This document shows, piece after piece, positions 9,079 to 17,071 of a stretch of 64,000 bases of DNA (its first letter is position 1; every line of letters begins with the position of its first letter). This stretch comes from a virus. The position numbers and the translations under genes were made by a program. The notes below the pieces were generated by a model that saw only the letters and a program-made list of their open reading frames with translations, made no database searches and was not told where the DNA came from. Location: positions 1-64,000 of the IMG/VR virus record IMGVR_UViG_3300032287_003869; one strand, written 5' to 3'.

Positions 9079-9107
9079 AGTATATCATCATCTGTGGATG
9101 GTGTCAA
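9079..9107 (-). promoter_or_regulatory. consensus sigma70 promoter (leaderless)
   Basis: TTGACA-17nt-(TGA)TATACT, 6 nt before GTG 9072. Confidence 0.75.
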
Positions 9108-9357
9108 GTCTTTCCAAGAAAATTGGAGTTTGGTCTCCGGCCCATGCTCCTTCCACATTATATTGAAAGTATTCTTCTGCATCCTCTTCTGACATGTTTT
9201 CCATCAGAATATCAATGCACTTCTTCCGATCATAGACAGCATGTGGTTGTCCAAATTTTCTACCAATTCCTAAAAATGCGTTTTCAAAACCATCAGCTTT
9301 TAAAACTGTTTCATCTTCACCGAGCATTTCTTCTATAATATTATCGATTTTTTCCAT
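9088..9357 (-). CDS. conserved phage hypothetical protein
   Basis: ADGF..A.LG...AVYD...AEEYF.YN..GAW.G..TPIF pattern. Confidence 0.7.
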   Translation of the reverse strand: MEKIDNIIEEMLGEDETVLKADGFENAFLGIGRKFGQPHAVYDRKKCIDILMENMSEEDAEEYFQYNVEGAWAGDQTPIFLERLDTIHR

Positions 9358-9571
9358 AAAAAAAATTACAAGCTTTATTGTTAATGTGCCAATTGTGTAT
9401 ATATTCAGAATGTTCTTCTAATGATTCCATAGCACATTTGGGTGATATATTTCCTTGTTTATAGTTTCTGCATATTCCTCTCACATCGAAATTGTCAATC
9501 TCCTGTAAAGGGAATATATTCAAAAACGCAGATTTCGCAATAAAAATATCTTCTTTGTTTTTAGCTTTCAT
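9341..9571 (-). CDS. hypothetical protein
   Basis: ORF tiling the array. Confidence 0.5.
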   Translation of the reverse strand: MKAKNKEDIFIAKSAFLNIFPLQEIDNFDVRGICRNYKQGNISPKCAMESLEEHSEYIHNWHINNKACNFFYGKNR

Positions 9572-9869
9572 CTTTCTTGTAGGAATTTACCAATTCAAAA
9601 AGACTTGGAATATCGTAACATATCGGTTTTCCATCTTTATCTGTTGCTGATGGAGTGTCCCTCTCATGTTTTGGGCGCTCATATAGAAACCAACTAATCC
9701 AGTCCCACCCCTGTTCTCCAAATGCTTCTATACACAATGGATGAATAACAAATCTGTAATAATCATCATTCATGTGAATTGCATCGATTCCAAGCAAATA
9801 CAATTTGTGAATCTTGTCATCGTAATCACTCATCGCATCTATGAGCTTTGTGAATGTATCTAATGTCAT
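9561..9869 (-). CDS. hypothetical protein
   Basis: ORF tiling the array. Confidence 0.6.
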   Translation of the reverse strand: MTLDTFTKLIDAMSDYDDKIHKLYLLGIDAIHMNDDYYRFVIHPLCIEAFGEQGWDWISWFLYERPKHERDTPSATDKDGKPICYDIPSLFELVNSYKKDES

Positions 9870-10450
9870 AGGTGTTTAGTTGCAAAAATATAAAGAGAAT
9901 AGTTTAATTGGTACCATTTGTAAAAAATACCAATAATTTTACGTCTTATGAATCTTATTGGCCTAGTGTTTAAAAGGTATTTGTTATACCATTTATTATT
10001 TTCAATCCTATCTTGTTCAAAGAATTCATCGAGTCTTTTTTTTCTTTCTGTTACATCGTTGATGAGTTCTTTTGTCAATCTCAACTCAACAAGTTTATTA
10101 TCCACAAACTTTGCCTCGTAATCCAATTCAAGACTATAGAATTTTCCATCTTTTTCACCCAAATCTTCATAACAATAAAATGTAACGACACCATGGAAGT
10201 TGGCTGGCTTGTTATGTGAACTAACAACGTCCATGTATCCTTTTAGAAAAGCATTGTCATCATCAACCCATTGGTATGTGACATCATCGTACCAGAGTTC
10301 ACCATTCTCTCGAATGGTGTATTCTATCAAACAATTCTCCAAATCTTTTGTTTGGTATTTTATGTCATTGAGTTTAATCTCCCAAGAATCCAAATCAAAA
10401 GAGGGTTTTGGTAGAGGATACTTACAATTCAGATAATCAAACATTCCCAT
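9866..10450 (-). CDS. conserved phage hypothetical protein
   Basis: MGMFDYL.C.YPLP...YQTKDL pattern; AAGGAG upstream. Confidence 0.7.
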   Translation of the reverse strand: MGMFDYLNCKYPLPKPSFDLDSWEIKLNDIKYQTKDLENCLIEYTIRENGELWYDDVTYQWVDDDNAFLKGYMDVVSSHNKPANFHGVVTFYCYEDLGEKDGKFYSLELDYEAKFVDNKLVELRLTKELINDVTERKKRLDEFFEQDRIENNKWYNKYLLNTRPIRFIRRKIIGIFYKWYQLNYSLYIFATKHL

Positions 10451-10467
10451 TTTTTTTTTACTCCTTG

Positions 10468-10707
10468 TTAAAACCCATCTTGAGTTGGAAGTTCATGTGG
10501 ATGGAAAAAACCATTATCGTCTTCTGGTGTTAATTCTAAATGCGAATTCTCAGGAAGAACGTATCCTGTTGCCTGTAAAAATCTTTCAAAGGCATACAGA
10601 AGATCGCTAATAGTGGCTTCGCTATCAATCTCCATACTGACTGAAGGGTAAATGTCTCTATTAAACCCCTCATGATCAACTATTTTAAATATGTGCTCCT
10701 GTTTCAC
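10468..10707 (-). CDS. small conserved phage protein
   Basis: L..FERFLQATGY pattern. Confidence 0.6.
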   Translation of the reverse strand: MKQEHIFKIVDHEGFNRDIYPSVSMEIDSEATISDLLYAFERFLQATGYVLPENSHLELTPEDDNGFFHPHELPTQDGF

Positions 10708-10991
10708 TTGTTTTCCATCCTTTCAATATATTGCTCTAAAAGTTCAGTTATAACTTCATTAACGGAAATATCTTTTTCAGCTGAAATGGAAATAAGCATC
10801 TCCAAAACCTCTCTTTTGAATTCTGAAATATCAATATCAATTTTTACAAAAGGAGTCATTAAAATTGAATTGTCATCGTGAACCTTAATACTGAATTTTT
10901 CATTTTCCTTGATTCCAAGATTCTCACACTCTTCATCTGAGAATTGGATGTAATAGTCTTTCTTTTCCTGTACTTTTTTAACAATGCTCAT
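10704..10991 (-). CDS. AbrB/MazE-like domain protein (putative regulator)
   Basis: From ATG 10991: YYIQFSDEECENLGIKENEKFSI resembles a swapped-hairpin domain, followed by a helical ISVNEVI..LL segment. Confidence 0.45.
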   Translation of the reverse strand: MSIVKKVQEKKDYYIQFSDEECENLGIKENEKFSIKVHDDNSILMTPFVKIDIDISEFKREVLEMLISISAEKDISVNEVITELLEQYIERMENK

Positions 10992-11026
10992 AATCAAAAT
11001 ATACTCTACCAGATATTGGGTTTTAG

Positions 11027-12106
11027 TCAAGTCGTTTTTCTCCAAACCCAAGTCGGTTCTACAAATATTCCACTTCTTTCCGATTTGCTATTCATTCTTT
11101 TAGCCATTCGGTAGTTAATATTATCGCCTTTAATGCTTCCTTTTAGGGAAGATATGAAATCATTCATTGGATCACATATCCTGTTTACTGTGTGGTTGCA
11201 ATAAACATCGCTAATGTTAATTGCCATATGTCCTCCATCTTTTAAAAGATTCCAGCTTTTCTCAATCACTGGAAATAAAAACACATCCAACCAATCATTT
11301 AACTTCTTATACCTCTTCCAAGATTGTGTGGAATCTTTGGAATACCTTTCAATTATGAAATAAGGAGGGCTTGTGAATACCAAGTCTGGTTTGTAATCCA
11401 ATTCATTTAATGCCTCCTCTGCTGGTTGCATTATCATTTTAATGTTTTTGCCTTTATTGTATTTTTCTATTTGTTTATTGTAACCATCAAATAATACTGA
11501 ATTTGGATCAATTCCAACATAGCTTTCCAATTTATCGGTAGCCATTGCAGCGGATAATCTATCACCCCAGCCTGAACTAAAATCCAAGACATTTTTTGCA
11601 TCGAAATATTCGTATATGGCTTTTGCCGCCGATGGTCTAAATTGACTTGCTATGTATTTTCTTAATGCAATACCACTTCTAAGTGTGTCATCTGTGATTT
11701 CTTTCACCTTAAGAGTCCATAAGCAATTCAATAGTGTAAAAAAGAATTTCTTATCATACCACGTTCTATATGGGGATGGGGCATTAATCGAATCGCATTT
11801 GAATCTACTGTCTTGATGAAAGAAGTTAGACGACTTTCCTCCTATATTGGAAAAATCCACATAATTCTCGCCTAAAGTCCATTTATAATCGTATCTGGAA
11901 AACAATTCTCCCTTTTTAATTAATTCAGAAGAATCCATCTTTTCCAAGTTAGAAAAATCATCAATCGCTTCCGATATATCTATATCTTTAAGAATATAAT
12001 AATTCCTAGTTTTTTCCCATATCAATTCCTTAACCTCATCGCATGGCTTTGGGTGAGATTTAATAATATCTCCCCATTCTTTTTCATTAAAGATTACAAA
12101 TGACAT
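11027..12106 (-). CDS. DNA amino-methyltransferase (N4-C/N6-A type)
   Basis: SAM-binding LDFSSGWGDR and catalytic FTSPPY motifs. Confidence 0.85.
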   Translation of the reverse strand: MSFVIFNEKEWGDIIKSHPKPCDEVKELIWEKTRNYYILKDIDISEAIDDFSNLEKMDSSELIKKGELFSRYDYKWTLGENYVDFSNIGGKSSNFFHQDSRFKCDSINAPSPYRTWYDKKFFFTLLNCLWTLKVKEITDDTLRSGIALRKYIASQFRPSAAKAIYEYFDAKNVLDFSSGWGDRLSAAMATDKLESYVGIDPNSVLFDGYNKQIEKYNKGKNIKMIMQPAEEALNELDYKPDLVFTSPPYFIIERYSKDSTQSWKRYKKLNDWLDVFLFPVIEKSWNLLKDGGHMAINISDVYCNHTVNRICDPMNDFISSLKGSIKGDNINYRMAKRMNSKSERSGIFVEPTWVWRKTT

Positions 12107-12369
12107 TAAAAATCTATTACTAAAGTTGTTTTTGGGTATTCAGGTACATCCTTGTCCATCTTTTGTCGAATGTCGTATGGATGATAGAAGCCATCATCAA
12201 ATCTAACACTATCAGATAATCTAGGAGGATAACCCATTTTTTGAATTGTTGAGCAAGATGTTAGGAGAAGACTAAAAAGTGTAACGCACCCTACCACCTT
12301 TAAGGTGTTTCTTTTCTTCTTTCTTTTCTTTTTTATTTTCGTCCCATTTGATTTTGTCGTAATTGTCAT
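12106..12369 (-). CDS. small lipoprotein
   Basis: Basic N-region, hydrophobic stretch and lipobox LTSC; start ATG 12369 or GTG 12297. Confidence 0.5.
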   Translation of the reverse strand: MTITTKSNGTKIKKKRKKKRNTLKVVGCVTLFSLLLTSCSTIQKMGYPPRLSDSVRFDDGFYHPYDIRQKMDKDVPEYPKTTLVIDF

Positions 12370-12421
12370 CGTATATTTTCTTATCAATTGGTCTCGGCTT
12401 ATCTCCTTTTCCAGCACTCAT
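12272..12421 (-). CDS. small conserved phage protein (49 aa)
   Basis: Not in the ORF track. MSAGKGDKPRPIDKKIYDDNYDKIKW...; ATGA overlap with the upstream stop. Confidence 0.65.
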   Translation of the reverse strand: MSAGKGDKPRPIDKKIYDDNYDKIKWDENKKEKKEEKKHLKGGRVRYTF

Positions 12422-12714
12422 TTCTTGTCTTCCTTTTTTTGTTTTTTCCAGACTTTAATTTTATCCATTGCCTCATCATATGTATGATAAGTGAATCCTT
12501 TATCTCCCCATTGATTTGGACTTGGATACATTTCAGATGGTGGGCAATAGTTTCCAGCTATTTCGTAACCATTGTGTGATTCTATAATAATAGCCTCATA
12601 CCATTTAGATTCAAACTCCTCTCTCGACTGTTCATATATTGCGAATTTACCATCTCTATATTTCTGCACAAAGTCGAAACCTTTATATGTGATATTTTTT
12701 TCAAGTATTTTCAT
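12418..12714 (-). CDS. hypothetical protein
   Basis: ORF with EMYPS...WG..GFT pattern. Confidence 0.65.
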   Translation of the reverse strand: MKILEKNITYKGFDFVQKYRDGKFAIYEQSREEFESKWYEAIIIESHNGYEIAGNYCPPSEMYPSPNQWGDKGFTYHTYDEAMDKIKVWKKQKKEDKK

Positions 12715-12719
12715 AAAAT

Positions 12720-12974
12720 TTATTTTTTTCTTTTCTTATCGGAAACAAGTCTCTTTAAATTACAACCGCAATGCTCGTAATAGGGACAATCATCACAATA
12801 TCTATCATTGTCCAAGAAAATATCCGGACGAATACATGCATCCCTTGTTACATTGGACACCCCCTCTTTATTCAAAAGAATGTTATTCTTGGCATCATTT
12901 CTTTGAACTTGGGGAGTTTGATAGTTTTCCACAAATTCATTGAGTTCTTTTAATTTTCTATATTTCTTTTTCAC
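12720..12974 (-). CDS. hypothetical Cys-rich protein
   Basis: C...CDDCPYYEHCGC possible Zn site. Confidence 0.6.
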   Translation of the reverse strand: MKKKYRKLKELNEFVENYQTPQVQRNDAKNNILLNKEGVSNVTRDACIRPDIFLDNDRYCDDCPYYEHCGCNLKRLVSDKKRKK

Positions 12975-12977
12975 TTT

Positions 12978-13394
12978 TTAAAAATTGCAAAATTCTCCGT
13001 TATTTAGACTGTAATATAATTTCTTGTAACCAACTTGCCTTAAAAGATGAGAACATCCGTTGCAAGGTTTAGCATACCTGACATTTCCCATTTTGTCAAG
13101 ACGTATATTGATAAACGATATATCGCTCATGTCGTTTTCTCCATATTTGTTTTGGAGTTTCAATATACAATTGAATTCGGAATGCATTCTTGCTATATTC
13201 CTCAAATCCTCACCCTCTTCTGATACATAATCAAACTTTGGTATGTTTGGATGTGTTTTTATACTATTGATTCCAATAGCTACTGTTTTTTTCTTATGCA
13301 ATGCAAATGTTACATGGAATGTCCTATTCAAATCATAATTATGATGAATTGGCTGCAATGCCTTTGATATTTCTATAAATTTTTTAAATTTCAA
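12978..13394 (-). CDS. cytidine/deoxycytidylate deaminase-fold protein
   Basis: HSE...KPCNGC zinc motif. Confidence 0.75.
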   Translation of the reverse strand: MKFKKFIEISKALQPIHHNYDLNRTFHVTFALHKKKTVAIGINSIKTHPNIPKFDYVSEEGEDLRNIARMHSEFNCILKLQNKYGENDMSDISFINIRLDKMGNVRYAKPCNGCSHLLRQVGYKKLYYSLNNGEFCNF

Positions 13395-13804
13395 AGTTTA
13401 ACACACTCGATTTTATAAAAATCAAATATCTCCTTGGTATGAATCGCATCTATATTATCATATTCCTCCAGATATACAACTCTTGGAATATTCCAAGCAC
13501 ATATTAATTTAGCACAACTAGCGCAAGGTAAAAGCGTTACAGCTATCAATCCGCATTCATTTCTATTGAACAAGGACATGAGATTGGCTTCCGCATGTAT
13601 CATGAATGGTCTTCTTTTGTCTCTATCTTTCCAAAAAAGAGAATCTACATTTTTACCTTCTTTTAATCCATTATATGCCACGCCCAATACTCTATTATCG
13701 TTGGATAATGCACACGCACCCACCTTTCTGAATGGGTCTTCAGATCTAAGGCTTGATGTTTTTGCCAATTCCAAGGCATATTGTTCCCAATTTAAACGAG
13801 GCAT
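13391..13804 (-). CDS. cd: dCMP deaminase
   Basis: RSEDP..KVGA, YNG, HAEAN and PCASC; start set at ATG 13804. Confidence 0.85.
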   Translation of the reverse strand: MPRLNWEQYALELAKTSSLRSEDPFRKVGACALSNDNRVLGVAYNGLKEGKNVDSLFWKDRDKRRPFMIHAEANLMSLFNRNECGLIAVTLLPCASCAKLICAWNIPRVVYLEEYDNIDAIHTKEIFDFYKIECVKL

Positions 13805-14517
13805 AGTATCGATTCCACTTCTTTTTTGAGATATGGTACAGTATATCTCATCCACTTTGCCTTAAATACGGTCTTTGTATCTATTTGTCTTTTGAGCCAA
13901 AAAATATTCAAAAAACCACACCTAAGTCCAGTTAATCTTTCAATCATATTTGCATAGAAAGAAAGTTGCAATGCATATACAAAATACTCGGAATTTGGAA
14001 GATGTTCAACAGGACTTAAAAGAGTCTTGTCATCATATTGATTTTCAAAATTGAATTTTTTGTTTGTCTTGAAATCCGATATGTCAAAAGTGTCATCATG
14101 AAAAACTACATAATCCGATGTTCCGCAGAGTTTCTTTTCTTTATCGAAGCATATCAATTCATTGCATCCATTTTCATGATACACTTCAGAATGTATATCT
14201 TCAATAACATCCTTGTATCTGGCATTTGTAATTGTCCCATTTAAAAAATATTCTTCAACATTTTCATGAACGTCTGTGCCATATGTTAATCCTGTATTTT
14301 TCTTTTCTTCCCACAATGCCAAAACATCATCTATCGGAATCTTTCTTTTTATGGAATAATCCAATGCTCTCTGCTCGACATCAAATTTCGGTTTGATCGT
14401 GGACAATACCGATGATACGGATTTGTATATATTTCCAGACTTATCAGAATAAACGTGGGTTTCCTTTTCCAAGGAAGGAATATCCTCCCCGTTCAAGGGG
14501 AATCTTTTTATCCACAT
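13792..14517 (-). CDS. PD-(D/E)XK exonuclease (Cas4/RecB-like)
   Basis: SVSSVL, GTDVH..VE, CGTSD, DFKT and YALQLSFYA motifs; start set at ATG 14517. Confidence 0.8.
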   Translation of the reverse strand: MWIKRFPLNGEDIPSLEKETHVYSDKSGNIYKSVSSVLSTIKPKFDVEQRALDYSIKRKIPIDDVLALWEEKKNTGLTYGTDVHENVEEYFLNGTITNARYKDVIEDIHSEVYHENGCNELICFDKEKKLCGTSDYVVFHDDTFDISDFKTNKKFNFENQYDDKTLLSPVEHLPNSEYFVYALQLSFYANMIERLTGLRCGFLNIFWLKRQIDTKTVFKAKWMRYTVPYLKKEVESILCLV

Positions 14518-14518
14518 T

Positions 14519-14692
14519 TTATTGTAGTTCGTTTCTTTTCGATGCAGGAGCAATGTCAATTCTGCTGATGGTTTTATCTCCTTGGTGCATCACCACAGGA
14601 ACCAAAATAACATTGTATTTTACAAGAATATCTTCTATTTCTTGTTTCGCCTTGGCCATGCTTTCGTTTTCTTTATTTGTTTCTTTTTCCAT
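14519..14692 (-). CDS. small hypothetical protein (57 aa)
   Basis: Not in the ORF track. MEKETNKENESMAKAKQEIEDILVKYNVILVPVV...; fills the gap, ATG 6 nt after a -10 box. Confidence 0.65.
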   Translation of the reverse strand: MEKETNKENESMAKAKQEIEDILVKYNVILVPVVMHQGDKTISRIDIAPASKRNELQ

Positions 14693-14698
14693 GCACAC

Positions 14699-14726
14699 AA
14701 TTTAGCACACATGAAAAAGAAATCAA
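14699..14726 (-). promoter_or_regulatory. sigma70-type promoter (leaderless)
   Basis: TTGATT-16nt-(TGC)TAAATT, 6 nt before ATG 14692. Confidence 0.55.
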
Positions 14727-14732
14727 GAAAAA

Positions 14733-15539
14733 TTACTGAATTACTTCGAAGTTGATATTTTCCATTTGAGGTGCAGCTGATATTGATACGATTTCCGTAT
14801 TGTAATATGTTGCACAATCTTTTTTCACAACCACTTGAGAACTCAATTCAAAATAAGTGGATTCTTGAAGATTTCCTTTAGCCGCAATAAGGGCAGCATC
14901 TATAAAGAAAATGTTATTTACAGGATCTTCTTCACTTGGGAATATCCATCCTTTGATTGTAAAATTGGTAGATCCTTCTATAAAATACTTTGTTCCTCCA
15001 TTAATATCGGTTGGATATGTCACATTCACAATGCCATCCCAAAGAACCTCGGATCTTATTTCTTCTATATATGGTAAGTTGTATTCTTCTGGTACTTTCC
15101 AAGAAAGAATAATGTATGGATTACAAAACGGAATAAAATTCGACATGATCTGATCCAAGTCTGTTTGATACTTGGTCAATATGTTCATTTGTATTCCTAT
15201 ATTAACAGGAACTGGTGTTCTATAAAAGTGAGTAATCTCTGTTTTGTGGTTTTCTATATTGTAATCTGGTCGATAAAATCCTAAATTTTTATTAAAAACC
15301 CTATTATTATCCCTGCTGAAACTTGTCATGTGAATACTAACAACGGGTAGAGTTATGTTTTGAGCGAAGTTTTCAATATCATATATGACCCTCTGCTTAG
15401 GAGCATATACATATCTAACTTGAACCGTTTGCCCAACTGCTCTATTGGCATTGAATCTTTTAATGACTACATTGTTGAATGCAGCCAAAAATTGAATCAA
15501 AAGATCCTTTATTTCGAAGAAGTATGGGCTTTTCAACAT
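14733..15539 (-). CDS. gp15: tail sheath stabilizer/terminator, T4 gp15-like
   Basis: YF..EI...L..F...FNNVVIKR, YAPKQR, PVPVNI, DLDQI..NFIPF and FTIKGWIF; TAAATA at 15553-15558. Confidence 0.8.
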   Translation of the reverse strand: MLKSPYFFEIKDLLIQFLAAFNNVVIKRFNANRAVGQTVQVRYVYAPKQRVIYDIENFAQNITLPVVSIHMTSFSRDNNRVFNKNLGFYRPDYNIENHKTEITHFYRTPVPVNIGIQMNILTKYQTDLDQIMSNFIPFCNPYIILSWKVPEEYNLPYIEEIRSEVLWDGIVNVTYPTDINGGTKYFIEGSTNFTIKGWIFPSEEDPVNNIFFIDAALIAAKGNLQESTYFELSSQVVVKKDCATYYNTEIVSISAAPQMENINFEVIQ

Positions 15540-15555
15540 ATCAATGTTGAATTAT

Positions 15556-15909
15556 TTAGGCAAATACCATCTCTACGACATTATCATAAAGATTGTTTTT
15601 GCTACCAACTGGTTTTATCATTTTACAATTAAATGTAAAATCATCCATGTTGTAACAAAGAGTGTCTATAGTATAGTCAAGCCTCAAGGAACTCACGGTT
15701 TCCATTACCGTAAATGCCATGGGGAGTTTGAATTGTTTTTTACTTCCAGATAAATCCAATGTAAATGTGTAATGAAAGTCATTGAAATTAAATAAAATCA
15801 ACTTTCCTTCTCTAATCGTTTTATTATTACAAACGAACTTGAAATTTCTATGAAGATTGTTTAGAAAAATTTCTGTTTGTTTTTCCATTTTTGTCACATG
15901 TTCATCCAT
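15556..15909 (-). CDS. hypothetical protein
   Basis: ORF coupled to the upstream gene; start uncertain. Confidence 0.6.
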   Translation of the reverse strand: MDEHVTKMEKQTEIFLNNLHRNFKFVCNNKTIREGKLILFNFNDFHYTFTLDLSGSKKQFKLPMAFTVMETVSSLRLDYTIDTLCYNMDDFTFNCKMIKPVGSKNNLYDNVVEMVFA

Positions 15910-16322
15910 GATGCTTTTTCCGCAGGGTTTTTATGATATATGTTGTCTCTAAAATATTCCCAAAATTTTTCATTTGCTGGAACTCTTGCGATCAAATTAC
16001 AATAACTCATGTTAATCGCTCTATAGTCTTGCATGATAATATCCCAAAGAATTACAAGGTTATATTTGTTGGGATCATAATAAGGGTTTCCGTATGCTGG
16101 AGGAGTGGTTACTCTATAATTCAAAGTCAACTTCCCATCCAATGTGTTCAGGATATTTTGTGCGCTTGTACAGAGCATTCTCCTATATGGAGACTTTCCA
16201 GCTACAAGATGCCTTCTCCTGAACTTAATCTCGCAAACGTGAGTTCTAGCGAGTGCCTTTAGATTCTCCCTCGATATGAACATCTTCTCTTGGTTTTGCA
16301 ATACCGAAAATGCGGTGTTCAT
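15894..16322 (-). CDS. WYL-like/SH3-fold (DUF2693-like) protein
   Basis: CEIKF.R...RRMLCT...LWDI..QDYRAI pattern. Confidence 0.55.
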   Translation of the reverse strand: MNTAFSVLQNQEKMFISRENLKALARTHVCEIKFRRRHLVAGKSPYRRMLCTSAQNILNTLDGKLTLNYRVTTPPAYGNPYYDPNKYNLVILWDIIMQDYRAINMSYCNLIARVPANEKFWEYFRDNIYHKNPAEKASWMNM

Positions 16323-16677
16323 TCAGGAATTGCCCATGCTTCAAGGTACCATGACCTTCAATTTCTACATTTGAAATCATAATTCCCTTGTTATTAGGGA
16401 AAATAACATAATCGTCTTTTTTGACCAAAGATGTACCTTGACCGCAAAGAATAACTTTGCCGACACGCCATGCTTGGGTATCGGCATTCACAGGAACAAC
16501 AATTCCGTTTCTGACAATCTCATTGGAGTTCCCACCAAGATCTACAAGCTCTACAAGAATGATATCATCAATAACTTTACAAAGATCGTATCCAATAAAT
16601 ACGCTATTGAGTGAGTTTTGAGAAAAGCCATCCAAGTCGATGAGTGATTTTTGAGGTGTTAAGGCGTCGATATTCAT
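16246..16677 (-). CDS. co-chaperonin GroES-like
   Basis: DDIILVE...NGIVVP...GKVILCGQG...VK..DYVIF; TAAATA upstream. Confidence 0.75.
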   Translation of the reverse strand: MNIDALTPQKSLIDLDGFSQNSLNSVFIGYDLCKVIDDIILVELVDLGGNSNEIVRNGIVVPVNADTQAWRVGKVILCGQGTSLVKKDDYVIFPNNKGIMISNVEIEGHGTLKHGQFLNEHRIFGIAKPREDVHIEGESKGTR

Positions 16678-16718
16678 AATTCGAGTGTATTTAAAAGGTA
16701 TTCTAAAAAAGCAACAAG

Positions 16719-16994
16719 CTATTCTGATTTTTCTGTTTTTTTCAAATATTCTATTCTTTTAAATTTCTTCTGAGGAAGAACATTCAATAGCATTTTATAG
16801 TGCATTTCTCTGTCATTTTGTAAATAATTTAACTTATTAGTAGTCTCATTTACCATGTTGGCTGATTCGGAATCGCACATTGAAACCCATCGGTTTACCA
16901 TGAAAACGTTGTATTGTTTTATTTCCTCCACGTTTTCTTCTTGGAATGATTTCTTAAAAAATAAAACATTTTTGATGTAATCGAAAATTTGCAT
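16719..16994 (-). CDS. gp62: clamp loader small subunit, T4 gp62-like
   Basis: IFDYIK...YN.FMVNRWVSM...N..N...HY..L...LP.KK pattern. Confidence 0.65.
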   Translation of the reverse strand: MQIFDYIKNVLFFKKSFQEENVEEIKQYNVFMVNRWVSMCDSESANMVNETTNKLNYLQNDREMHYKMLLNVLPQKKFKRIEYLKKTEKSE

Positions 16995-17060
16995 GTTATC
17001 ATGTTAGCACACTTGAAACAAATGAACAGATAATTTTTATTGTTTTTCGTTAAATCCACA

Positions 17061-17066
17061 TAAATA
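17061..17066 (+). promoter_or_regulatory. T4-type late promoter core
   Basis: TAAATA 5 nt before the portal ATG. Confidence 0.7.
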
Positions 17067-17071
17067 ATACT

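Noticed and set aside
13792-14517. Cas4-like nuclease as part of a CRISPR-Cas locus
   Set aside because: No other cas genes or array in the window; stand-alone PD-(D/E)XK exonucleases are common in phages.
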